Assembly (NCBI GenBank): GCA_963845535.1
Contig: CAWJSK010000021.1
Span: forward strand, 86,665-150,664
DNA length: 64,000 nucleotides
Reading direction: 5' to 3'
Source of the DNA: an uncultured Spirochaetota bacterium
GTDB taxonomy: Bacteria > Spirochaetota > Spirochaetia > SZUA-6 > Fen-1364
Position numbers and translations under genes: made by a program. Each line of letters begins with the position of its first letter. Position 1 is the stretch's first letter. The notes beneath the pieces were generated by a model. That model saw only the letters and a list, made by a program, of their open reading frames with translations, was not told the origin of the DNA and did no database searches. This document shows, piece by piece, positions 1 to 10,682 of the stretch.

Positions 1-156
1 AGAGTCCAGCAGGGTGAAGATACCATGGCGCCGGGTACTAGTACAATTCCTGCTATTTTCGGTACCCCGGTAACTTCCCGGCACACGAAGCCCGTTGCTA
101 CTATCACGCCGGGCAGGACGGCAACGCCTGCACTACGTCTGTTTCGGAGGAACTCC

Positions 157-1518
157 ATGAAGAGAAGGGTCTTTCTCCTCGTAACTCTCTTTGTCATGGC
201 GGCATTCACCGTTCCTGTGATGATGGCGGCCGCGCAGGCGCCCACCACCACGATCACGGTGGCTGTCGTCAACAACCCTGACCAGCGGAGGCTGCTCGAG
301 CTCTCCGACAAGTTCCAGGCGGAGCATCCCAACATCAAACTGTCCTTTGTCATGCTCCCTGAGAACGAGCTTCGTGACCGCGTAACCACGGACATCACCA
401 CCAAGGCCGGTTCGTTCGATATCGTGCAGATCGGCACCTATGAAACGCCGATCTTCGGAAAGAACGGATGGCTTTCCTCGCTGGATGACCTGATGGCGCA
501 GTATCCGGGCAACGTCCAGCCCAACTACAACGTGGATGACCTGATCAAAGGAATCCGCCTCGGCCTGTCCAACGACGGGAAGCTCTATGCGGCCCCGTTC
601 TACGGCGAGTCGAGCATGCTGTTCTACAACAAAAAGATGTTTGCCGCCGCCGGGCTGAAGATGCCGGCTGAGCCCACCTGGGACCAGATCCGGGAGTTCG
701 CCCGCAAGCTGCACAATCCCGCCAAGAAGCAGTACGGCATTGCGCTTCGCGGTCTGCCTGGCTGGGGAGAAGTGATGGCGCCGCTCGACACGGTGATCAA
801 TACGTTCGGGGGGAAGTGGTTCGACATGAACTGGCAGCCCCAGTTGACCTCACCGGAGTTCGAAGCGGCGGTGAGCTTCTACGTGAAGCTGCTCCAGGAC
901 TACGGAGTCCCCGGCGCTGCAAATAACGGCTTCTCCGAGAGCCTCACCATGATAGCTCAGGGACAGGCCGCCATGTGGGTGGACGCCACGGTTGCCGCGG
1001 GCTTCCTCGAGGATCCCAAGCAGTCGAAGGTGGTCGGCAACGTGGGCTTCGTCATGGCCCCGTATGAGAAGGTGAAGAAAGGCTACCACTGGCTGTGGAG
1101 CTGGGCGTATGCAATCCCGGCCACCAGCCAGCACCAGGCCGAAGCGCTGCAGTTCCTCACCTGGTGCACGAGCAAGGACTACATCGACCTCGTGGGGAAG
1201 ACCTACGGTTGGGCAACCGTCCCGCCCGGGACGCGCTATTCCACCTACAAGAACCCCAACTACATCAAGGCGGCCAAAGCGTTTGCTGACGTGACGCTGA
1301 AGTCCATTGAATCAGCGGACCCGACCGACGCCACCCAGGACAAGGTCCCGTACACCGGCGTGCAGTTCGTCGGCATCCCCGAGTTCCAGGGATTCGGGAC
1401 CGATGTGTCCAAGCAGATTTCCGCGGCCATTGCCGGTACGCAGACCGTGGAGCAGGCTCTGGCGACAAGCCAGGACATCGTCACGAAGGCAATGACGGAC
1501 GCCGGCTACATCAAGTAG
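157..1518 (+). CDS. Sugar/polyol (sorbitol/mannitol-type) ABC transporter substrate-binding protein
   Basis: GGAGG RBS before ATG157; signal peptide; SmoE/MtlE-like motifs (LPENELRDRVTTDI, PFYGESSM, WLWSWA, VPYTGVQFVGIPEFQ). Confidence 0.88.
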   Translation: MKRRVFLLVTLFVMAAFTVPVMMAAAQAPTTTITVAVVNNPDQRRLLELSDKFQAEHPNIKLSFVMLPENELRDRVTTDITTKAGSFDIVQIGTYETPIFGKNGWLSSLDDLMAQYPGNVQPNYNVDDLIKGIRLGLSNDGKLYAAPFYGESSMLFYNKKMFAAAGLKMPAEPTWDQIREFARKLHNPAKKQYGIALRGLPGWGEVMAPLDTVINTFGGKWFDMNWQPQLTSPEFEAAVSFYVKLLQDYGVPGAANNGFSESLTMIAQGQAAMWVDATVAAGFLEDPKQSKVVGNVGFVMAPYEKVKKGYHWLWSWAYAIPATSQHQAEALQFLTWCTSKDYIDLVGKTYGWATVPPGTRYSTYKNPNYIKAAKAFADVTLKSIESADPTDATQDKVPYTGVQFVGIPEFQGFGTDVSKQISAAIAGTQTVEQALATSQDIVTKAMTDAGYIK

Positions 1519-1546
1519 AGAACGCGGACCTTCGATCTCTCGAAAT

Positions 1547-1572
1547 CGCCTCTGTCCGTTCGGACAGAGGCG
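1547..1572 (+). other. Intercistronic stem-loop after the SBP gene
   Basis: Perfect 11-bp inverted repeat CGCCTCTGTCC-gttc-GGACAGAGGCG between SBP and permease. Confidence 0.7.
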
Positions 1573-1601
1573 GGCTTTCCGGCTTTCGCGTGGGGAGTGC
1601 C

Positions 1602-2492
1602 ATGAGCGATGTGAGAACACAAAAGAATGCCCATCCCTGGCTGCTGCGCCCGGCGATCATCTACCTGATCGTCCTTACCCAGACGCCGGTCCTCCTGACG
1701 CTGTACTACAGCCTGACGAACTGGAACTTCCTCCGTCCTGACAGACCGGCGCGGTTCATCGGGCTGGAGAACTACCTGGACTTTTTCACGGCCTATGACA
1801 CCGGGCGAATCATGCTCAACACGCTCGTTTTCTCCGTGGCCGTCGTTGTGCTTTCCCTCGTCTTCGGCATGTGCCTGGCGCTCCTTTTGTCCCGAGAGTT
1901 CTTCGGGCGCAACTTTGCCCGCACGTTGATGATCACTCCCTTTCTCATCATGCCCACCGTGTCCGCCGTCATGTGGAAGAACATGCTGTTCAATCCCGCC
2001 TTCGGACTGATCAGCTCCACGCTCGCTGCGCTGGGCGGTCCCCGGATAGACTGGATAAACCAATACGCCCTGCCGTCCATCATCGTGATCGTCACCTGGG
2101 AATGGACGCCGTTCATGATGCTGATCCTGCTCTCCGGTCTGCAGTCCCTGCAGAAAGAGCACCTGGAGGCGGCCCAGATCGACGGCGCGGGGCCCCTAGC
2201 GACCTTCCGCAGCATCATTGTGCCGCATCTGGGCCGCTACATCGAGATCGGCGTGCTCCTGGAAACCCTGTTCGTCCTCAACATATTCGGGGAAATATTC
2301 ACCACCACGACGGGAGGGCCGGCCAACTACACCACGACGCTCACCTTCAACATCTACCTGGAGGCGTTCAAGAGGTGGAACGTGGGGCGCGCCAGCGCGT
2401 ACGCCGTGATTGCCGTGATCTTTGCCAACATCATCACGCTGCTGTTCCTGCGCATCCTGCGCCGCCAGGGCGGAAACGGGGAGGCGGCATGA
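1602..2492 (+). CDS. Carbohydrate ABC transporter permease (MalF/SmoF-like)
   Basis: Multiple TM segments; EAA motif EAAQIDGA; WEWTPFMMLILLSGLQSL. Confidence 0.9.
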   Translation: MSDVRTQKNAHPWLLRPAIIYLIVLTQTPVLLTLYYSLTNWNFLRPDRPARFIGLENYLDFFTAYDTGRIMLNTLVFSVAVVVLSLVFGMCLALLLSREFFGRNFARTLMITPFLIMPTVSAVMWKNMLFNPAFGLISSTLAALGGPRIDWINQYALPSIIVIVTWEWTPFMMLILLSGLQSLQKEHLEAAQIDGAGPLATFRSIIVPHLGRYIEIGVLLETLFVLNIFGEIFTTTTGGPANYTTTLTFNIYLEAFKRWNVGRASAYAVIAVIFANIITLLFLRILRRQGGNGEAA

Positions 2493-3313
2493 AAGGCCAC
2501 AGGCGTGCGCTCGGCCGGTTCCTTTCCATCCTCACCGTCGTCCTGGCAATCCTCATATTCTTCCCCATCTTCTGGATGATCCTCACGTCGTTCAAGTCCG
2601 AGGCTGACGCGTTCACGTTCCCGCCCCCGCTTTTCTTCCGTCCCACCCTGGACCAGTACGACGTTGCCCTGGGCCAATCGGGATATTTCCACTATCTGCT
2701 GAACACGGTGATCATCACGGGATTCTCCACGCTGATTGCCATTCTCCTCGGCGTTCCGGCGGCGTACAAGCTGGCCTACTACCCCACGAAGCGCAGCAAC
2801 TTCACGCTGATGTGGGTCATGTCGACGCGCATGCTCCCCGCCGTCGGCGTGATCGTTCCCCTCTACATCATCTTCAAGGTCCTGCACTGGTTCGACACCT
2901 ACCACGGTCTCATTGTCCTGTACACGGCCGTCAACCTGCCCCTTGTGGTCTGGATGATGAGATCCTTTCTCCAAGATCTCCCCTATGAGACCATTGAAGC
3001 ATCACGGATCGACGGGGCCAGCCTATGGCAGGAGCTCATGTTGGTGATGCTCCCCATGGCCCTGCCGGGGCTCGTGTCCACCGTGCTCCTCTGCCTCATC
3101 TTCACCTGGAACGAGTTCTTTGTCGCCTTCAACCTGACCATCACCAAGGTCCCACCGCTCACCGTGTACATCGTGGGCTTCAAGACCTCGGAAGGCCTGT
3201 TCTGGGCCAAGATGTCCGCCGCGGCCACCGTGTCCGCGCTCCCGGTCATCATTGCCGGTTGGGTGGCGCAGAGGCAGATGGTGCGCGGATTGACGGCAGG
3301 AGCAATCAAGTAG
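2489..3313 (+). CDS. Carbohydrate ABC transporter permease (MalG/SmoG-like)
   Basis: ATGA overlap with previous gene; EASRIDGA motif; C-terminal RGLTAGAIK. Confidence 0.9.
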   Translation: MKGHRRALGRFLSILTVVLAILIFFPIFWMILTSFKSEADAFTFPPPLFFRPTLDQYDVALGQSGYFHYLLNTVIITGFSTLIAILLGVPAAYKLAYYPTKRSNFTLMWVMSTRMLPAVGVIVPLYIIFKVLHWFDTYHGLIVLYTAVNLPLVVWMMRSFLQDLPYETIEASRIDGASLWQELMLVMLPMALPGLVSTVLLCLIFTWNEFFVAFNLTITKVPPLTVYIVGFKTSEGLFWAKMSAAATVSALPVIIAGWVAQRQMVRGLTAGAIK

Positions 3314-3387
3314 CGGGGGAGCCCTGGCCGAATGGCTGGTCCGCGCCGGCTGACCCGCGGGGCGGTCGGGTAGTACATTGTACTGTC

Positions 3388-5162
3388 ATGAAACTGCTCT
3401 TCACGTATCTCAGGCCCTTTCGGGGGATGATTGTCCTTGCCATAGTCCTTGCCATCATCAACCAGGTCTTCTCCCTCCTGGACCCGCAGATCTTCCGCAT
3501 CATCGTGGACAAATATGTCACCCACATCGGAAGCATTCCGCGCGCGGACTTCATCCGCGGCGTCGGGCTCCTTGTCCTTGGGTTCGTGGGCGTGGCCATG
3601 GTCAGCAGGCTTGCAAAGAACTTCCAGGACTACTTCATCAACGTGGCCTCCCAGTCCGTGGGCGCGCGGATGTACGCGGACGGCGTGGCGCATTCCATGC
3701 GCCTCCCCTACCGCGCGTTCGAGGACCAGCAGAGCGGAGCCGTGCTGCAGCAGCTCCAGAAAGCGCGCACGGACAGCCGCGACATGATAGGCCAGGCCAT
3801 CAATTCGATCTTCGTTTCCGCCCTCACCTTCCTCCTCGTCCTGGGCTACTCGTTCTTCGTGCACTGGTCCATCGCCGTGGCGCTCATCATCATGGCGCCC
3901 TTCCTCGGCGGCCTTCTTTCCGTCCTGGGGCGCAGGATCAAGGCGGTGCAGACCCGCATCTTCGGAGAGACGAACGCATTGTCAGGCTCCACAACGGAAA
4001 GCCTCCGCAACATCGAGCTGATCAAGAGCCTGGGCCTGGAGACGCAGGAAATCGAAAGGCTCAACTCGGCCAACCAAAAGATCCTGGACCTGGAGCTGGC
4101 CAAGGTGAAAACCGTGCGGATGCTCATGTTCTCCCAGGGAACCGCGCTCAACTTCTCCCGCGCCGTCCTGATACTGCTCATGCTCGTCCTGATCTCCATG
4201 AAGCTCATCACCCTGGGAGAGTTCTTCTCCCTCATGATGTATTCGTTCTTCGTGTTCGGGCCCCTTGGTGAGATCGGGGCCGTGATCGCGAAGTACCAGG
4301 AGACGCGGGCCAGCCTGGAGAATCTCCAGAAGATCATGGCGCAGGAGCCTGCGCCGCGCAACCCGGACGGCGTGGTCCCTGACGGAATCGAATCACTGGA
4401 GTTTTCGCGCGTCACCTACCGGCATCCCGGCGCGCGGAGCCGGCCCTTGCAAACGTGTCTTTCGAGGCGCGCGCAGGAGAAAGCGTCGCCTTTGTCGGCC
4501 CTTCGGGGGCGGGCAAGAGCACGCTCATCAAGCTCCTCCTGGGGCTGTACCAGCCGGATGCGGGGCGGATCCTCTTCAACGGGATCGACTCCCGAGAGGT
4601 GAACTACGACAAGCTTCGGGGGAGGGTGGGCTTCGTGCCGCAGGCCATCGAGCTCTTTGCCGGCACCATCCGCGACAACCTGAAGTTTGCGCGGCGGGAC
4701 GCCACGGACGCCGCATGCGTCCAGAGCCTGCGCGCGGCGCAGCTCCATGGGCTCCTCGAGCGAAGCCGCCAGGGGCTGGACACCCGCATTGGCGAAGGGG
4801 GGCTGAAGCTTTCCGGCGGGGAACGGCAGCGTCTGGCCATCGCCCGGGCGCTGCTGCGGGAACCGGACATCCTGATCTTTGACGAAGCCACGAGCTCGCT
4901 GGACACGGAGACGGAGAAGGAGATCACGCGGACAATCGATGAGATCATCCGGACCCGTCCGCGGTTTGTCACGCTTCTGATTGCGCACCGGCTGTCCACG
5001 GTAGCCGAGGCGGACCGCATTGTCGTACTGAAGAAGGGACAGGTCGTTGAGCAAGGCTCCCACCAGGAGCTTCTGCGGCTCGGCGGCCTGTATTACACTC
5101 TGTGGCAGCAGCAGGGACTCGAAGGAGAAGACAGGGAGCCTGTCGCGGCAGCGGCGGGCTGA
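3388..5162 (+). CDS. ABC exporter, fused TMD-NBD (MdlB/MsbA-like); frameshift near 4435
   Basis: TMD in the frame from 3388; NBD (GPSGAGKST, LSGGERQR, ILIFDEATS) in the frame of ORF 4455..5162; a single indel at about 4430-4440 joins YRHPGA to EPALANVSF. Confidence 0.85.
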
Positions 5163-5181
5163 TGACATCCGGGAGGAACAC

Positions 5182-6291
5182 ATGGAAAAGCGGAAACTGG
5201 GAAAGACAGGGCTCGAGCTCTCCGTTCTGGGATTCGGCGGCTTTCACCTCGTGGAGATTGATGCCGCGGAAGCGGCGCACCTCCTGGGAGCGTACCTGGA
5301 TGCCGGCGGCAACTACCTGGAGACGGCGGCAAGCTACGGTGACGGTATTTCAGAGACGAAGATCGGCAGAGCGGTCTCCCATCGAAGGGCGGATTTCTTC
5401 CTGGCAACCAAGTCAACGCAGAGGACGCGCGCGGGCTTTTCCGCGGAGCTTGACCAGAGCCTCCGCAACCTCAAGACGGACCACGTGGATGTGATTTTCA
5501 TCCATGCGCTCCAGAAACGGGAGGAAGCGGAACAGGTCCTTGCCCCGGGAGGCGCGCTGGAGGCGGCGGCCGCGGCGCAGAAAAGCGGAAAGGCCAGGTT
5601 CATAGCGGTGAGCTTCCACGGCCGGCCTGACGCCGGGCTGTATGCGTTGGAGCGCTTTCCTTTTGACGTCCTGATGACCGGGTTCAATTACTTCGACCGG
5701 TTCAACTACCCGAACGTGGAAAGCACGCTCCTTCCCACGTGCCTCGGGAAGGGAATCGGCGTGCTTGCCATGAAATCCATGGCTGACGGATACCTCTACC
5801 GCTCCCCGGCACCCGCGCTGCGCTACACTCTCAGCCTGCCCGTCACGACGGTTGTCGCGGGGATCAACTCCCGGCGCATGCTGGAGACGGACCTTCGGCT
5901 CGTGTCGGGGTTCAAGCCGATGTTGGACCGGGAAAGGGAAAAGCTCTTCCGAAGCGCCCCCGAGCTGGGTGACTATGTGTGCCGCCTGTGCGGCAAATGC
6001 AAGGTGAACGGGTTCGATCCGCAGACCGTATTCCTCCTGGAAGGACTGTATGACCGCCAGATGGATGACCTGCGCGTCACCGACACCGCCAACTACGCAC
6101 TGCGGGAGAGACTGCGCAACTGGTTCCAACAGCAGGAGACGGCGCGTGACGAATATGCCATGCTTCCCCAGAAGGTGGACCCTCAGCGGAACTACACTGA
6201 CCTGTCCCGCCTGTGTCCCTACGGGATCAACATTGACCGGAAGCTGAAGATCGCACACCAGAAGCTTTCGAAGGATCGTTATATCGCCTGA
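5182..6291 (+). CDS. Aldo/keto reductase with C-terminal Cys cluster (probable Fe-S)
   Basis: GGAGG RBS; MEKRKLGKTGLELSVLGFGG start, ETAASYG, SLRNLKTDHVD; C-terminal CRLCGKC...CPYG. Confidence 0.85.
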   Translation: MEKRKLGKTGLELSVLGFGGFHLVEIDAAEAAHLLGAYLDAGGNYLETAASYGDGISETKIGRAVSHRRADFFLATKSTQRTRAGFSAELDQSLRNLKTDHVDVIFIHALQKREEAEQVLAPGGALEAAAAAQKSGKARFIAVSFHGRPDAGLYALERFPFDVLMTGFNYFDRFNYPNVESTLLPTCLGKGIGVLAMKSMADGYLYRSPAPALRYTLSLPVTTVVAGINSRRMLETDLRLVSGFKPMLDREREKLFRSAPELGDYVCRLCGKCKVNGFDPQTVFLLEGLYDRQMDDLRVTDTANYALRERLRNWFQQQETARDEYAMLPQKVDPQRNYTDLSRLCPYGINIDRKLKIAHQKLSKDRYIA

Positions 6292-6320
6292 ACGGCAGAC
6301 AAAGAACAGGAGAAAAACGT

Positions 6321-6752
6321 ATGGCCAACGCCTATTCCGCACGCAACAAAGCTGAGCTGGACCATCTGAGGAAGGTCGTCGGGCATCTCACGGATGCCCA
6401 GCTATCCCTTCCCGCCGGCGGCCCTGGATGGACGGTAAGCGGGCTTCTTGCGCACGTCGCCTTCTGGGACCAGAGGGGCATCGTGCTGGCGCGCAGATGG
6501 AAAGCCGGCGGGAAGGGCAGCCCGTCCGGAGACGTGGATGTGCTCAATGACGCAATGAAGCCTTTCCTTCTTGCGCTGCCGCCGCGCAAGGCCGCCGAGC
6601 TTTCCCTGGAAGCGGCCCAGATCATCGACAAGGAAATTGACTCCCTGGAACCGTCTCTGCTGGCGCGCGTGGAAGCTGACGGCCAGCCGCGCCTGGACAG
6701 GGCAAATCACCGGGCCCACCATCTGGAGCAGATCGAAAAAGCCATCGGATGA
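6321..6752 (+). CDS. DinB/mycothiol-dependent maleylpyruvate isomerase N-terminal-like metalloprotein
   Basis: WTVSGLLAHVAFWD and HRAHHLEQI His motifs typical of the DinB superfamily; AGGAG RBS. Confidence 0.75.
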   Translation: MANAYSARNKAELDHLRKVVGHLTDAQLSLPAGGPGWTVSGLLAHVAFWDQRGIVLARRWKAGGKGSPSGDVDVLNDAMKPFLLALPPRKAAELSLEAAQIIDKEIDSLEPSLLARVEADGQPRLDRANHRAHHLEQIEKAIG

Positions 6753-7582
6753 GACGCCGCCCCGTCCCCGCGGATTCCCTTGAAAGCTGCCGCGCAATCA
6801 TCATCGAAGCGGCCGGACAGGAGGCCGCGGAGGGGGTGGCGGGCGCCGCGCAGGACCTGGGCAGGCATTTCCGGCTGGTCCTTGCAGCGCCGGGAAAACG
6901 CGGGCCGCCGCGCGTCGTCCCGCCCCCTTTCCATGCATGGATAGCGGCGGATTGCATCAGCTCCTACGTCCGGGAGAACGCCATTGAATGGTACGCGTCA
7001 TGGCTCATTGGCAGTGCCCCTGACATCGGGTTTCAGGGCGCGCTTCGCGGGGGCTCCCCCGCAGAGGTCCAGGCAGCGTTGCGCGCAATCAGGCGCGCGG
7101 AGGCTCACTCACGGATCGTGATCGACTACGAACGGTTGGACCGCGTCACAGCCTCTCTGCGCAAGCGCAAGGGCCGGATCGTCTTCACAAACGGCGTCTT
7201 CGACCTCCTCCACGCAGGCCACCTGAGGCTGCTGGAGACGGCGCGCGCGCGAGGGGACGCCCTGATCGTGGCAATCAACAGTGATGACTCGACGCGAGCC
7301 ATCAAGGGCCCAGGGCGGCCCGTCGTCCCCCAGTTTGCGCGCGCCGGGCTGCTTTCAAGCCTTCGTTGCGTGGATGCATGTTTCATCTTCCCGGAGGCTG
7401 ACCCCGTGAAAGCCTTGGAAACTGTGAGGCCCGACGTGCTGGTCAAGGGAAGCGAGTACCCGCTGCGGAAGATCGTGGGCGCCAGGTTTGTGCTGAGCTA
7501 CGGCGGAGAGGTGGTCCGCGTGCCCATGGTTGCCGGCTGGTCTACCACGTCCACCATCCGCGCGGTCCAAAGCACGCGCTGA
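6749..7582 (+). CDS. D-glycero-beta-D-manno-heptose 1-phosphate adenylyltransferase (HldC/RfaE domain II) with N-terminal extension
   Basis: VFTNGVFDLLHAGH, AINSDDS...KGPGRP, PDVLVKG, STTSTI motifs; about 125 extra N-terminal residues. Confidence 0.82.
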   Translation: MRRRPVPADSLESCRAIIIEAAGQEAAEGVAGAAQDLGRHFRLVLAAPGKRGPPRVVPPPFHAWIAADCISSYVRENAIEWYASWLIGSAPDIGFQGALRGGSPAEVQAALRAIRRAEAHSRIVIDYERLDRVTASLRKRKGRIVFTNGVFDLLHAGHLRLLETARARGDALIVAINSDDSTRAIKGPGRPVVPQFARAGLLSSLRCVDACFIFPEADPVKALETVRPDVLVKGSEYPLRKIVGARFVLSYGGEVVRVPMVAGWSTTSTIRAVQSTR

Positions 7583-7640
7583 CGAGCGGGCTCTGGCGCG
7601 CTTCGCGCGGTGCGGGACACGCTCCGCGCGCCTGAGACCG

Positions 7641-8255
7641 TTAGTCGTTACTGTAGCTGATGTTCAGGCGCGCCTCTCCGAGCACCTTGTCCTTGATTGC
7701 CTGGCGCAGCTCGTCGAGGCTGTAGCCCTTGGGAAGCCCCGTGGGGGCGGAAAGAGCGTACAGCGCGAGCCGGTAGACGTGGATCAGGCGCTTGCCGGTG
7801 TTCGGCGGGAAGTCCGCCGGCGGCTGCGGTCCTCGATATCCGATCTGCCCGCCGCCATTCCTCCCCTGGACAAGGGAGGTCATGTCAACGGATGCGTTCG
7901 CGGGAAGGCCTCCCAGGGAAGGGTCGATGTCCGCGACGGTCCAGTGGAGGAATGACGGGGCCTTGATCCCCCGAGCGGCCAGCACGAGCCGGGCGTCTGG
8001 GTCATCAAGGATCAGGGCCAGGGCCTTCGTCCCCGCGGGCACGTTGCTCCAGAAAAAAGGGAAGGAGCGGGGGTTGCCCGGACCGCTGGCCGCGGCGTAC
8101 TGGGCGTCCAGGCGCCCAGCGGACGTGAGCCCGCTGTCGAAGCCCGTCTCGGAAGGTCCCGAAACCGCCGGGGAGCTCACCGTGAAGCTTTGTGCGCCGG
8201 CAAAGGAAGCGCTGACAAGGAGAAAGCCCAAACCTATTTTGGATCCGATGTTCAT
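7641..8255 (-). CDS. YbhB/YbcL family (PEBP/Raf kinase inhibitor-like) secreted protein
   Basis: Signal peptide; VPAGTKALALILDDPDA, FLHW, GYRGPQPP, HVYRLALYAL. Confidence 0.85.
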   Translation of the reverse strand: MNIGSKIGLGFLLVSASFAGAQSFTVSSPAVSGPSETGFDSGLTSAGRLDAQYAAASGPGNPRSFPFFWSNVPAGTKALALILDDPDARLVLAARGIKAPSFLHWTVADIDPSLGGLPANASVDMTSLVQGRNGGGQIGYRGPQPPADFPPNTGKRLIHVYRLALYALSAPTGLPKGYSLDELRQAIKDKVLGEARLNISYSND

Positions 8256-8293
8256 GGAACCTCCGCTTGAGAAAGAATACTCATCCGGAAGGC

Positions 8294-10658
8294 TCAGAGT
8301 CTCACGATTATTCTCTCAGATCCTTTTGTCGGTTTGACAACGGCGCCCTCAGGCGTTTCCGAAAGCACGCCATTTTCAACGGCGCTGACCTTCTTCACGT
8401 TCCTCAGGCAAACGCTCCACGGCTTTCGGGGTCCTTTGCAACTGATGGTCAGCGTGCCGGCCTCCCGCCGGACCTTCAAGAGTTTCTTCTTCGCGCCCTT
8501 CGGTTGAAAAAACCGTTGCGGAGGATTCCAGTCCCTCGACGGGCTCGAAGACATGGAAGGCCACGCCGTCGGCGTAGTCATAGTCCGGCCTGGTCTGGTC
8601 CGCTCCCATGGAAATGATGCTGCCGGGCCTTACCATGATCGGAACGCTCATGTACCCGTGAGCCTCGCTTCGCCATGACCCGCCGTCCACCGGTGCGCCG
8701 CCCAGGAGGCTGGTCCACCTCCCCGGGGGGAGGTAAAAGGATACCTTTCCGTCCTCTCGGAATATGGGCGCCACAAGGAGGGACGACCCGAGCATGTACT
8801 GCCTGTCCAGCGCGGCGCAGGCAGGGTCCTGAGGGAACTCCAGGATCATGGCCCGCATCATGGGGATCCCATCCCGGGAGGCTTCGAAGGCCGCGGCAAA
8901 CAGGTAGGGCATGAGCCTGCACTTCAGCTCCACGAAGAACCGAAGCACCTCGGTGGACTCTTCTCCGAAAAGCCAGGGGACGCGGTAGGACTCGTTCCCG
9001 TGAAGACGGCTGTGCGATGAGAGGAGCCCGAAAGCCGTCCAGCGCTTGTAAAGGTCAGGAGTTGCCGTCTTCTCGAAACCGCTGATGTCATGGCTCCAGA
9101 ACCCGAACCCCGAAAGGCCCAGCGAAAGTCCGCCTCGGAGGCTTTCCGCCATGGACTCGTACGTTGCCGAGCAATCCCCTCCCCAATGGACGGGAAACTT
9201 CTGCCCGCCCACCGTTGCCGAGCGCGCAAAAACAACCGCCTTGCCTTCCCCCTTGGAGTCCTTCAGGACCTCGAACACGGCCCTGTTGTACAGGTAGGTG
9301 TAGTAGTTGTGCATGCGAAGCGGGTCGGATCCGTCGTGATACACGACGTCGGTGGGAATGCGCTCTCCGAAATCCGTCTTGAAGCAGTCCACGCCCGCGT
9401 CCAGGAGCCCCTGAAGCCTTCCCTGATACCAGCGGACGGCCTCTGGATTGGTGAAGTCCACCAGCCCCATGCCCGCCTGCCAACGGTCCCACTGCCACAC
9501 GCTGCCGTCAGGCTTCTTGACGAGGAACCCCTTCTGCATTCCTTCATCGAAAAGTCTGGATTTCTGGGCGATGTAGGGGTTGATCCACACGCTGATCCGC
9601 AAGCCCTTGTCTTTCAGCCTGCGAAGGATTGCCCGCGGATCGGGGAACTGCGCCGCGTCCCACTCGAAGTCGCACCACTGGAACTCCTTCATCCAGAAGC
9701 AGTCGAAATGGAAAACGGAAAGCGGCACGCGGCGTTCCGCCATCCCGTCAATGAAAGAGGTGACCGTCTTCTCGTCATAGTCCGTGGTGAAGGACGTGGT
9801 CAGCCAAAGGCCGAAAGACCAGGCGGGGGGGAGGGCCGGCCTCCCGGTGAGCTGCGTGTATTTTCGAAGCACGTCCTTGGGCGAAGCTCCTGCTATCACG
9901 TAATAGTCCAGCTCCTCCCCCGGCACGGAGAACTGCGCTCGGGAGACGACCTCGGAGGCGATCTCGAAGGACACCTTCTCCGGGTGCGCCACCAGCACGC
10001 CGTAGCTCGCGCTTCCCCCGCCGGAGGCAGCGCCACGTGCGCCGCCCCCTCCGTTGCTCAGATAGAACGGGATGTTCTTGTAAGCCAGCTCGCTCGAGGT
10101 CCCGCCGTCTTCGTTCCAGATCTCCACGCTCTGGCCGTTCTTCACGAACGGGGTGAACCGCTCGCCAAGGCCGTAGATGCACTCACCAACGCCAAGGGAG
10201 AGCTGCTCCCGCATGTAGGGGGACCCGTCGGAGTCCGTGATGTAGCCGGCGCACCCCTTGGCGCTTCCGGTAATGCGTGCGCCATCGAAAAAGAAATCGA
10301 TCCCCCACTCAGCCGAGGTCTTCACCTGCACGGAAAGCTTCCCGCTGGACAGGGAGACGGTCTCAGGGAGCTGCTCAATGCGGGGAACAAAGCCGTCATC
10401 CCGGAGCACCTCGAAGTCAGGGCCGCGCCGGCGCGCCCCCTTCCAGTGGCAGGCGTGGACTCGAATCACGTCTTCCCGTGGAGAGCTGAAGGTGAAGGAG
10501 AGCTGGGGAGTGTTCAGGGTGTCGCCCCGGTGACGGATGGGTTTGCAGGGAGCGAAGACCGTCAGTGATGAAGTATCCAGCCGTACGTCCCGCGCTTGGG
10601 CGGGGGTGAGCAGACGCACGCCTTCCCGCAATCCCCAGTATCCGCTTGAAAACTTCAT
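8294..10658 (-). CDS. yicI: Alpha-xylosidase, glycoside hydrolase family 31; frameshift near 8480-8500
   Basis: MKFSSGYW start, SFGLWLTTSF, FHFDCFWM, catalytic KTDFGE, WGGDC, WSHDI; C-terminal tail continues in the frame of ORF 8294..8581. Confidence 0.92.
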
Positions 10659-10682
10659 TGGTGTTCCTTCAACGGTGTTCCT

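Noticed and set aside
1..75. Possible divergent gene start at 26 and palindrome GTACTAGTAC (35-44) as an operator
   Set aside because: Too little sequence at the window edge to support a call.
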